Of a stretch of DNA of 27,132 bases, positions 17,060 to 24,411 are shown one piece after another; position 1 is the first letter of the stretch, and every line of letters starts with the position of its first letter. Under the pieces are notes generated by a model. It saw nothing but the letters and a program-made list of their open reading frames with translations, was not told where the DNA came from and made no database searches. The DNA is taken from assembly GCA_964625085.1 (NCBI GenBank), contig CAZVAJ010000012.1:1-27132 (forward strand), written 5' to 3'. The DNA comes from Candidatus Micrarchaeota archaeon (GTDB lineage: Archaea > B1Sed10-29 > JAJSAI01). The translations under genes and the position numbers were made by a program.

Positions 17060-17353
17060 TCACCTTCTAATTATCCTTGTTTTCCTCTTATAACCTAGTG
17101 TTGAAAGCAGGCTTATGAGTTCTTTTTCTGTTATTGTTCTATTGACCGAGGAGTAGTACTGTAGTACTGCGTACTCAGCCTTTTCTGCTAGACTTGGGTT
17201 TGCTAGTCTTACTGTTTCCAGCCTTTGCAGTGCGCTTGGTTCTAGTGCTCTTCTTAGCAGTAGTCTTAGTTGCTGCCTTCTTTCCAGTTCCTTTTGAAGG
17301 AGCTGGTTTTGATCTGGCTGGCTTTGGCTTTGCGGTTGCTCTTCTGGTCCCAC
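17060..17353 (-). CDS. PDCD5-like dsDNA-binding protein
   Basis: LRRALEPSALQRLETVRLANPSLAEKAE, ITEKELISLL, terminal IIRR; GTG start after AGGAGGT; usual position after S19e. Confidence 0.88.
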   Translation of the reverse strand: MGPEEQPQSQSQPDQNQLLQKELERRQQLRLLLRRALEPSALQRLETVRLANPSLAEKAEYAVLQYYSSVNRTITEKELISLLSTLGYKRKTRIIRR

Positions 17354-17774
17354 CTTTCTTACCTCCTAATAGTTCAAGAGCTGTCTTGTCAAGAAGGGAT
17401 CTTCCCTTTCCTGAAAGAGTTCTTCCATTCTGTTTTTTCTCAAGCAGTCCTGCTGCTTCAAGCTGTTGCATTATCTTTCTTATTATTGCTCCAGATGCTT
17501 TTGCATGGTGTTCTGGAGCAACGCCCATGTTCCTGGAGCCTCCGTACCATGTTCTTAGTCTTTGCACGCCTATGCCTGGGTTCTGGTACACTTTCCTGAG
17601 CACGCTTGCTGCTCTGGTGTACCACCAGTCAGGATTTTCAGGCCTTCTCTGCTTGTGCACCCCTGTTTTAACGTGAAACGCGAATTTCGGGGGCTTTATT
17701 TCCTTGAATTCTTTAAGCTTTCCGCTGACCTTTTCTATAAGGTCCTGTGCAGGTACTTCCAGTGCTGATGCCAT
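17175..17774 (-). CDS. rps19e: 30S ribosomal protein S19e with a long basic C-terminal tail
   Basis: VKTGVHKQRRP, DWWYTRAASVLRKVY, IGVQRLRTWYGG, SGAIIRKIMQQLEAAGL, GRSLLD; AGGTGA Shine-Dalgarno at 17779-17784. Confidence 0.96.
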   Translation of the reverse strand: MASALEVPAQDLIEKVSGKLKEFKEIKPPKFAFHVKTGVHKQRRPENPDWWYTRAASVLRKVYQNPGIGVQRLRTWYGGSRNMGVAPEHHAKASGAIIRKIMQQLEAAGLLEKKQNGRTLSGKGRSLLDKTALELLGGKKGGTRRATAKPKPARSKPAPSKGTGKKAATKTTAKKSTRTKRTAKAGNSKTSKPKSSRKG

Positions 17775-17845
17775 GATTTCACCTTACCCTTTTTCAGTAA
17801 AAGCCTTTTTTAAGCTTTTTCTTGCCCAAGTATTAAAAGAGGGTT

Positions 17846-18202
17846 TTATTTGGTTTTGAACTTTATTGCCACGTACAGAACTACTATCGGAAGAATTAGT
17901 TCAAACGCGTAGCTCGTGAACGTGAGGATCAGATACCCCACTTCTCTAACAGGGAACACGTCCGGAGAGAAAAGCACGGGAGTGTGACTCAAAGCAGTCC
18001 CGAGAATAAAAAGCCAGAACAGGGATGTGACAAGCCCGATAAAGTTTTTTCCTACTTCTGGCTCTATGTTAAGGCTGTTTAACAGGTTCTGTAAGAGCCT
18101 GGTTATCTTGGGTATAAGAAGCCTTCCGAAAGCTAGGACAAATACGATCAAGGTTATGTTTTCTGTCCAGCCTGGCAGGGGCATTATTACAGGTAAACTC
18201 AT
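17846..18202 (-). CDS. Small hypothetical membrane protein (about 3 TM)
   Basis: Hydrophobic helices; ATG 18202 overlaps the upstream TGA and follows GGGTGA (track start 18214). Confidence 0.7.
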   Translation of the reverse strand: MSLPVIMPLPGWTENITLIVFVLAFGRLLIPKITRLLQNLLNSLNIEPEVGKNFIGLVTSLFWLFILGTALSHTPVLFSPDVFPVREVGYLILTFTSYAFELILPIVVLYVAIKFKTK

Positions 18203-18633
18203 ACTTTCACCCACAAGTACTTAATAATGCTGTAAAAGAGGGCTATGAACCCGAACAGCATTAGCAGCATTCCTGCTGGAGGAATGATCGGCACGTAAGG
18301 TGCCAGGTCATCATTAAACTTTTGTAAGTTATCAACACCTATTTTTGAGATTGCTGCGCCTATCGTTATCATCATGGCGTTTGTTTGCAGAGAAGTGGAC
18401 AGGGCATCCTTTCCCCAGTAGTACATGAGAATGAGCACTATCACCTGGAACCAGAGGAATAGTCCTATAAAGTATTCCACAGGCTCTTTTATTGCCAGGA
18501 GCAGTGCTACTGTTTCTGACTCAAAGTCTCCTTTTTCTATGCTAATGTCCATTAACGGGCCCACAAGAAGCCCGACTGCAGCAATTATCAGCAGCTTTGT
18601 CAGAATCTGCTGTGTTTCAGGCCTGTCTAGCAT
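18199..18633 (-). CDS. Hypothetical membrane protein (3-4 TM)
   Basis: Hydrophobic helices; ATG 18633 (MLDRPE) avoids the overlap with Rpp21 implied by the track start at 18723. Confidence 0.7.
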   Translation of the reverse strand: MLDRPETQQILTKLLIIAAVGLLVGPLMDISIEKGDFESETVALLLAIKEPVEYFIGLFLWFQVIVLILMYYWGKDALSTSLQTNAMMITIGAAISKIGVDNLQKFNDDLAPYVPIIPPAGMLLMLFGFIALFYSIIKYLWVKV

Positions 18634-18658
18634 GAGAGCATACAAGAAAGAAGGGTTT

Positions 18659-18967
18659 TTATTTCTTTCGCTTTTGGTACCCGTAGTACTGCTTGTGCCC
18701 GCATTCCAGGCAGGTGTAAACAACTCGTTTGTTCTTCCTGTCTGTTCTCACGCGCACATTTTTGCCCGGAACCCACAATGCATAGCACTTTCGGCAGTAT
18801 TCTCTTTTGTACGGGATTCTCACGTTATACTTCTTGGCGATTTTCACGGCAAGCTCCACGTACCTTCTTGAAAGTTTTTTGTTTTCTCTGGCGAACTTGA
18901 ACAACCATTCGATCCTGTCAAGCGCTGTTTTTTTAATCCAAGCAGGCTTTTTCCTCCTTTTCCTCAA
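18659..18967 (-). CDS. rnp4: Ribonuclease P protein component 4 (Rpp21)
   Basis: ALDRIEWLF, SRRYVELA, YCRKCYALWVPG, YTCLECG zinc ribbon. Confidence 0.93.
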   Translation of the reverse strand: MRKRRKKPAWIKKTALDRIEWLFKFARENKKLSRRYVELAVKIAKKYNVRIPYKREYCRKCYALWVPGKNVRVRTDRKNKRVVYTCLECGHKQYYGYQKRKK

Positions 18968-20439
18968 AACAGGTCTCCTCCGAATGGCTTTTTGCCTTTT
19001 ATGATGTAAGGGGATAACAGCACAAGCGCTAACGCGAGCAGTATTCCTGCTGCTATTAGTACGTAAACGCTCATGAAACTGTATTCCACTTCTGGTTCTG
19101 TTTTGGCAGGGATGGTGATCTGGGTGGTGTGCATGAGGTTATCCTGGTCCAGTACCATTATTATCACAGTGTAAGGGCTTGTGCTTTTTTCAAACTCCTG
19201 CTGGACAGATTCGGTTTGCCCTGGCAGGATCTCCACGCTCCGGGAGATTGTTCTTTCAGGTGTTTTGAACGAGATGCTTGCGTTGCGTGGTTTATCGTAC
19301 GAGTTAAGTATTTCTACTGAAATGAGTACTCTGTTTTCGAGCGAGTGTGTGCCTACCTTTTCTACCCTTATTCCTTCTGAACTTTTCACACCTGTAATGT
19401 TCAAGCGGGTGGTACTGTCCCCGGGAAGCACTGTCACTTGTTCTTGGTTTGATGCAAGAGTGCTTACGGCTGCTTTTAGGTTGAATGACAAAAAGTGGTC
19501 TGGAAGCAGTTTTACTATTCTGCTTGCCTCTGGCTTGATTCCGGACGTTGAGATGGCCCGAAAAACAGCCATTACACCCGGACACTTGTTAACCACGCTA
19601 ACGTTGATCAGGATTATTCTGCCTCGTTCTGCATGCATGGACTCTGGCAGGATAGCGTGATAGCAGTCCTGTTTTTCCTCGTGAGAAACCAAGGAAAGAG
19701 TGTACTCCTGAGCAGGCACTATCGGAACATCTGCAGGATCTAGAGCGTGCCAGAGCTTAACATGTCCTGCGTCAAGCTGGACCGCCTCCTCTTGCGACAG
19801 GTCGAACGGAATCCACCCGCTTCCGGGAAAGTATACCTCTGCCCATGCATGCAGGAATGCCTGATCGTTCGAGTACAATAGTCCTGAAACATACCGCGCT
19901 GGAATCCCTCTTGCACGGAGCAGGGCGATGAACAGAATCGTTTTTTCCCTGCACTGGCCTTTCATGGTTTCAAGCACCTGATGGGAGTCAGGCGATCCCG
20001 GAACCGGCTCTGTTTGAACGTTGCTCATGACCCATGACATTATTCTGGATACTGTCTCTGCTTCTGTTGAGGCGTTACCTGCCACCAGTTCTGCTGTGGC
20101 ATTCACTTCAGGAGTTAATGCGATTGTTTTTGTCGGGCTTGCGTATTCAAGCAGGGTGCTTAACGGCAGGGCAGGATCTTCGCGTATGATCACGCTGCTG
20201 TAGTCCACGCTAACAGGGATCACGAAACTTGAACCGGCTTGAACCTGCTTGTACGCGCCGTGAGAATCATGATCAAAAGAGCCTCCTACCTGCTGGAATG
20301 AGGTGTTTTCAGGAAGCCTGAGCAGGCCTGAACCGCCTGAAGAAACTTCAAGGGAGTATTCTGCTTTTCCCAGATACTTTGCAGGAACAGCCAGAGAAAA
20401 TGACAGGAGCAGGGCCAATGCCAAGAACTGCCTTTTCAT
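18964..20439 (-). CDS. Secreted, membrane-anchored transglutaminase-like protein
   Basis: Signal peptide; GQCREK...LLRARGIPARYVSG; HAWAEVY; GWIPFD (Cys-His-Asp triad); C-terminal TM helix. Confidence 0.9.
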   Translation of the reverse strand: MKRQFLALALLLSFSLAVPAKYLGKAEYSLEVSSGGSGLLRLPENTSFQQVGGSFDHDSHGAYKQVQAGSSFVIPVSVDYSSVIIREDPALPLSTLLEYASPTKTIALTPEVNATAELVAGNASTEAETVSRIMSWVMSNVQTEPVPGSPDSHQVLETMKGQCREKTILFIALLRARGIPARYVSGLLYSNDQAFLHAWAEVYFPGSGWIPFDLSQEEAVQLDAGHVKLWHALDPADVPIVPAQEYTLSLVSHEEKQDCYHAILPESMHAERGRIILINVSVVNKCPGVMAVFRAISTSGIKPEASRIVKLLPDHFLSFNLKAAVSTLASNQEQVTVLPGDSTTRLNITGVKSSEGIRVEKVGTHSLENRVLISVEILNSYDKPRNASISFKTPERTISRSVEILPGQTESVQQEFEKSTSPYTVIIMVLDQDNLMHTTQITIPAKTEPEVEYSFMSVYVLIAAGILLALALVLLSPYIIKGKKPFGGDLF

Positions 20440-20440
20440 T

Positions 20441-20857
20441 TTAGCACACGTCCAAAAGATCGAGCTTGTCGTAACCTATTCCAATGCAACAGTAACCTGC
20501 GTTTGGGCCAGGGCAGTGTACAAGTACTCGGGCAGTAAAGTTTTCCTTGATATATGCTTGTTCAGGGGTTCCCACACATCCTTTAGCGCAGAAAAATTTC
20601 AGGTTCCCGAAAGTGCTTGACACGCCCAAGGTATCCTGTGTGTACTTTTCGCCTGCAGTGAACTTGTGTTCCCCTTCATCCACCAGGATCCAATACCCGT
20701 AAGATTTTTTCAGCCCCTGGACGATCGCGTCCTCAGCACTGGCAGGAGCCTGAGGTTCCTGTTTCAGACTAAAGTTTGCTGTTGGAAGAACATACTGCCA
20801 CACTAAAACCAGCAGAACTCCGGCGAGCAGGAGGTAAACTATGGTTTTTGCTTTCAT
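20441..20857 (-). CDS. Small membrane-anchored or secreted Cys-containing hypothetical protein
   Basis: N-terminal hydrophobic helix, six Cys in the C-terminal third, AGGTGG Shine-Dalgarno at 20862-20867. Confidence 0.75.
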   Translation of the reverse strand: MKAKTIVYLLLAGVLLVLVWQYVLPTANFSLKQEPQAPASAEDAIVQGLKKSYGYWILVDEGEHKFTAGEKYTQDTLGVSSTFGNLKFFCAKGCVGTPEQAYIKENFTARVLVHCPGPNAGYCCIGIGYDKLDLLDVC

Positions 20858-20877
20858 CACACCACCTTGTATTGCAA

Positions 20878-20996
20878 TGGTGGGAAGGGCGGGATTTTCT
20901 CCGTGGAAGGAATTTTGTGTTTTTCCTTTCCGCGGTTTTGAACCCGCGACACCTAGGTCTTCAGCCTAGTGCTCTCCCAGTCTGAGCTACCTCCCC
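20878..20996 (-). tRNA. tRNA-Phe(GAA) with encoded CCA and a 42-nt intron at position 59/60
   Basis: Acceptor GGGGAGG/CCTTCCC-ACCA; D arm GCTC/GAGC; anticodon arm CTAGG-CTGAAGA-CCTAG; T stem GCGGG/CCCGC. Removing 20895-20936 restores the loop TTCAAAT and gives a 77-nt tRNA. Confidence 0.93.
20895..20936 (-). other. Non-canonical tRNA intron with relaxed BHB motif
   Basis: Bulges AAA and AAT flank the central helix TTCA/AGAA (one A.A mismatch); the intron stem is CCGCGGAAAGGAA/TTCCTTCCACGG. Confidence 0.85.
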
Positions 20997-21022
20997 AACC
21001 AAGTGTTTTAGGCAAAACAACC

Positions 21023-21030
21023 TTTTTATA
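21023..21030. promoter_or_regulatory. Shared bidirectional TATA box
   Basis: TTTTTATA (+) is 23 nt before ATG 21054; TATAAAAA (-) is 26 nt before the tRNA 5' end. Confidence 0.55.
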
Positions 21031-21053
21031 CTTTATTTCGGTTTACTGACTAG

Positions 21054-21743
21054 ATGCAGAAAAGAAATAGCCGGAAAAAACAGGCAAAAGATACGCACGC
21101 CCCTCCCCGTCAGTCAGTAAAAAAACTTAAAACAGGCATTGTTGCGCTTGACTCTTCGCTGGGAGGAGGGATCAGGATCCCTAGTGCACTCCTGTTAATA
21201 GGCCCTCCTGGATCAGGCAAGACCGCTGTATGCGTTCAGTTTGCAGCAGCTGGAGAGGACAGCATGTACATTGCAACAAACAATTATCCTGAGGAAATAA
21301 AGCAGATTGCAAAAGGACTTCGCGCTGACCTTAAAACAGAGTTTGTTGACGGGTACTCTTGGCTTATAGGAAAAGCGGGCGGAGTGAACTTGTCTGATCT
21401 CACCGGATTTCTTGAAACCCTGGACAACAAGCTTGAAACAAACAAGGTGGAAAGGGTCTGCTTTGACTCGCTTTCAAGCCTGTTCATGTATAATACAGAA
21501 AAACAGGTTGAAAAGTTTGTTCAGGCCATGATCGCACTGGTGAAAAATAAGCGTGCTTGCATGCTCATCGCAGTTGAGGATGGAACACTCTCTCAGGAAA
21601 TGCGGAATATGCTGGAGTTTCTCACGGACGGCACAATAGAACTTAAGGACGGGAAGCTATTCATAAAACGGGTTAACGGCATCAAACCCAAAAAAAGAGA
21701 GTTCAGGTTCGCCATAGGAACTAATGGAGTTGAGCTCGAATGA
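21054..21743 (+). CDS. KaiC/RAD55-like single-domain RecA-superfamily ATPase
   Basis: KTGIVALDSSLGGG, Walker A GPPGSGKT, Walker B VCFDSLS, EFLTDGTIEL, FAIGTNGV. Confidence 0.9.
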   Translation: MQKRNSRKKQAKDTHAPPRQSVKKLKTGIVALDSSLGGGIRIPSALLLIGPPGSGKTAVCVQFAAAGEDSMYIATNNYPEEIKQIAKGLRADLKTEFVDGYSWLIGKAGGVNLSDLTGFLETLDNKLETNKVERVCFDSLSSLFMYNTEKQVEKFVQAMIALVKNKRACMLIAVEDGTLSQEMRNMLEFLTDGTIELKDGKLFIKRVNGIKPKKREFRFAIGTNGVELE

Positions 21744-22282
21744 ACATGAAAGACAAAGTAAAGAGCATAACCTCAAGAAAAGAGAAAGGCGTGATACTGC
21801 TCACTATAGACTCGTCTAATTATCTTGACACGAACACTAAAATGGTGAAAGCGCTGGCTAACTCGGGATTGCGCGGCGTGTACGTTACCCTGAACTATCC
21901 TTACGGCTACCTCAAAAAAAAGCTTGCAGAGTCAGGCGTGAAGGTGGAAAACATACACTTTGTTGACATGATCACCAAAGCCAGTGGTATTCAGACCGAG
22001 AAAAAAGAGGACTGCACTTTCATCGACAATCCTGCTGGACTAACTGATCTTGGTATTGTGCTCGCGGGATTGCTTCCGGGAAAAGATTTTCTGTTCCTAG
22101 ACTCCCTGAGCACCATGCTGCTGAGGAACGAGAGCAGGAGTGTGGAAAAGTTCTCCCAGTTCCTGAGCGCAAGAGTAAGGGCCTACGGGGTCAAGGCTGT
22201 TTTCGTTTCCCTGAAACGGAAGGAAGATGAGGATATAATAAAGACAGTGTCGCAGTTCGCGGATGAAGTAATATTAGTGTGA
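21740..22282 (+). CDS. Inactivated KaiC-like (RecA-fold) protein lacking Walker A
   Basis: GVYVTLNYP, IHFVD, FLFLDSLSTML, QFADEVI; no GxxGxGK(S/T). Confidence 0.75.
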   Translation: MNMKDKVKSITSRKEKGVILLTIDSSNYLDTNTKMVKALANSGLRGVYVTLNYPYGYLKKKLAESGVKVENIHFVDMITKASGIQTEKKEDCTFIDNPAGLTDLGIVLAGLLPGKDFLFLDSLSTMLLRNESRSVEKFSQFLSARVRAYGVKAVFVSLKRKEDEDIIKTVSQFADEVILV

Positions 22283-22294
22283 GGTGTTTTTGTA

Positions 22295-22609
22295 ATGGAA
22301 CTGGAGTTCGGCAACCTTCTTGTGGGTTTTTTCGGGATTTTGTTCAGCGGTTATGGCGCTTTCCTTGTGTACTCTGCCAGGAAGAAGCTCACTCCTGGGC
22401 TAGTGAAGAACCTGGTTGATATGGTGTGGTATTCTTTCTTGAACCTCGCGGTCTACTCTGTATGGATCCTGCTTGTTTCTTCTGAAGCGATCATCGTGCC
22501 GAGCGCGGTCATCAAAGAGATTCCCACGATCACGCTGTTGTTCTTGTTTCTGATGATGGCGATCAGAACAAAACAGCTTGCTGATGAGTACGGTTTTGCA
22601 GCAGGCTAG
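22295..22609 (+). CDS. Small membrane protein (about 3 TM)
   Basis: Three hydrophobic segments; GAGGTG Shine-Dalgarno upstream; follows the KaiC-like pair. Confidence 0.75.
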   Translation: MELEFGNLLVGFFGILFSGYGAFLVYSARKKLTPGLVKNLVDMVWYSFLNLAVYSVWILLVSSEAIIVPSAVIKEIPTITLLFLFLMMAIRTKQLADEYGFAAG

Positions 22610-23739
22610 TCTTTCATTGCAATCACTGGTTCAAGCCTGCTGGCCCTCCACGCAGGATAAGCGCCTCCGAGAATCCCGAGCAAAACGGCAATACAAAAGC
22701 CCCATGCGAAAACAGTGGGGTCAGCGATTATCTTAAAAGGCATTACAGCAGAAGCTGCCTTTACTGAAGCATAGCTCATTATCATTCCGAGAACTCCTCC
22801 ACTCAAACCAAGCAGGAACGATTCTTCCACCACAAGCCACATAACATTATCATCAGTCCAGCCCATTGCCCTGAGTATTCCAAACTCTTTCCTTCGTTCT
22901 GCAACAGACATCATTATTGTGTTAAGGATGCCAATCCCACCGATTAAGATGGCTATGCCTGCTACTGCTAGGAAGAACGTGTCAATCTGGGAGAGCACGG
23001 TGCCGAGCTCCTCTGCATAATCAGAACTTGACGCAGCATCGTACTCTGGAAAAATGTCTTCTATCACGCCCGCTATTGCAGAGGCCTTCTTAGGGTCCTC
23101 AACTTCCACATAAAACCCGTTAACTTTTCCTTCTGGCAAACCTGCCATTTCTCTTGCTTGGTCCAGCGGAATGATCACCATTGTGTCCATCAGGTCTGTT
23201 CCGGAAGAGTATATTCCAACAACCCTGAACGATCTTCTGTTAATCTCTATCCGGGACCCTATTTTTTTCTTGTAGTCATCTGCAATTTTTTTGCCTATAA
23301 CCGCTGCATTCCTGTCTCCTGGTTTAAGGTATCTGCCCAGAACAACATTATGCTTGAACATACCTGTTTTTTCTTCCTCTGCTTTTTCAGGGTCTTCTCC
23401 AACAAAGGAAACCGCGGCCTCAAGGCTGAATGGTATCTTCTCACCATCAACCTCTGACACCATACCGCTTATCTGAGGGACCACTAAGGACACGCTTTTT
23501 ATTCTCTCTATCTTATCAGCGTCTTTCTCATCAATCGTTGAGAAGGGATAGTCAAGCGCGCCCTTTTGCATGACTATAATGCCTTGTATTGACTCAAGCG
23601 ACTCATGGAACGTTGTTTTTATAGACGATGAAAAAGACATCAGCCCAACAAAACCGGTTACTGCAATCCCTATTCCAAAAAGAAGTATGATTGTCCTGAG
23701 CTTTTTCCTGTAAAGGTTTCTGGAAGCAATTTTTATCAT
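22606..23739 (-). CDS. ABC transporter permease, MacB/FtsX family
   Basis: RNLYRKKLRT, large extracytoplasmic loop, GILNTIMMSVAERRKEFGILRAMGW, YPAWRASRLEPV. Confidence 0.93.
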   Translation of the reverse strand: MIKIASRNLYRKKLRTIILLFGIGIAVTGFVGLMSFSSSIKTTFHESLESIQGIIVMQKGALDYPFSTIDEKDADKIERIKSVSLVVPQISGMVSEVDGEKIPFSLEAAVSFVGEDPEKAEEEKTGMFKHNVVLGRYLKPGDRNAAVIGKKIADDYKKKIGSRIEINRRSFRVVGIYSSGTDLMDTMVIIPLDQAREMAGLPEGKVNGFYVEVEDPKKASAIAGVIEDIFPEYDAASSSDYAEELGTVLSQIDTFFLAVAGIAILIGGIGILNTIMMSVAERRKEFGILRAMGWTDDNVMWLVVEESFLLGLSGGVLGMIMSYASVKAASAVMPFKIIADPTVFAWGFCIAVLLGILGGAYPAWRASRLEPVIAMKD

Positions 23740-24407
23740 CTGGTCACCTTGTGGATCTTCCCGTCTTTTATCATGTACACCTTGTCAGATTTTTTTATGT
23801 ACTCCGTGTCGTGAGTGACAATAACGAACGAGATGTTCTCTTCTTTGTTCAGTTTCCGCATGTATTCCATGATCACGTCACCTGTTTTAGAATCAAGCTC
23901 GCCCGTGGGCTCGTCCGCGAGCACGATGACAGGATTGTTTATCAGAGCTCTTGCGATCGCCACTCTCTGTTTTTCTCCTCCGCTGAGCTGGTTGGGTGTG
24001 TGGTGCATTCTGTGGCCTAGTCCAAGTTCTTTGAGAAGACTTCTTGCCCGTTTTTCCAGCTTTTTTGTAATACCCTGCGGGATCATTGGAACAAGAACGT
24101 TTTCAAGCGCGGTCAAGGTAGGTATTAGGTTGAATGACTGGAACACGAACCCTATCCGATCTCTTCTGAACATGCTTAGCTGAAAGTCATTAAACTTGCT
24201 GATCTCCTTGCCGTCTATCACAACCTTCCCGGTTGTGGGAGTCATGAGGCCACCGAGTATTTCAAGCAAGGTTGTTTTCCCAGAACCGCTTGGCCCTACG
24301 ATAAAGACAAAGTCTCCTTTGTTGACTTTTAGGGAAACTCCTCTTAGGGCGTGGACTTCTGTTTCTCCGACCTTGTATACTTTTGTCACGTTCTCGAGCG
24401 CTATCAT
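23736..24407 (-). CDS. ABC transporter ATP-binding protein, LolD/MacB-like
   Basis: GPSGSGKTT, GFVFQSFNL, LSGGEKQRVAIARAL, LADEPTGELD, VTHD. Confidence 0.96.
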   Translation of the reverse strand: MIALENVTKVYKVGETEVHALRGVSLKVNKGDFVFIVGPSGSGKTTLLEILGGLMTPTTGKVVIDGKEISKFNDFQLSMFRRDRIGFVFQSFNLIPTLTALENVLVPMIPQGITKKLEKRARSLLKELGLGHRMHHTPNQLSGGEKQRVAIARALINNPVIVLADEPTGELDSKTGDVIMEYMRKLNKEENISFVIVTHDTEYIKKSDKVYMIKDGKIHKVTR

Positions 24408-24411
24408 GGTA

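Noticed and set aside
20895..20936. tRNA insertion read as a pseudogene scar or integration site
   Set aside because: BHB geometry predicts precise restoration of the T-loop, all stems and the CCA are intact, and no integrase or duplicated tRNA 3' end is visible in the window.
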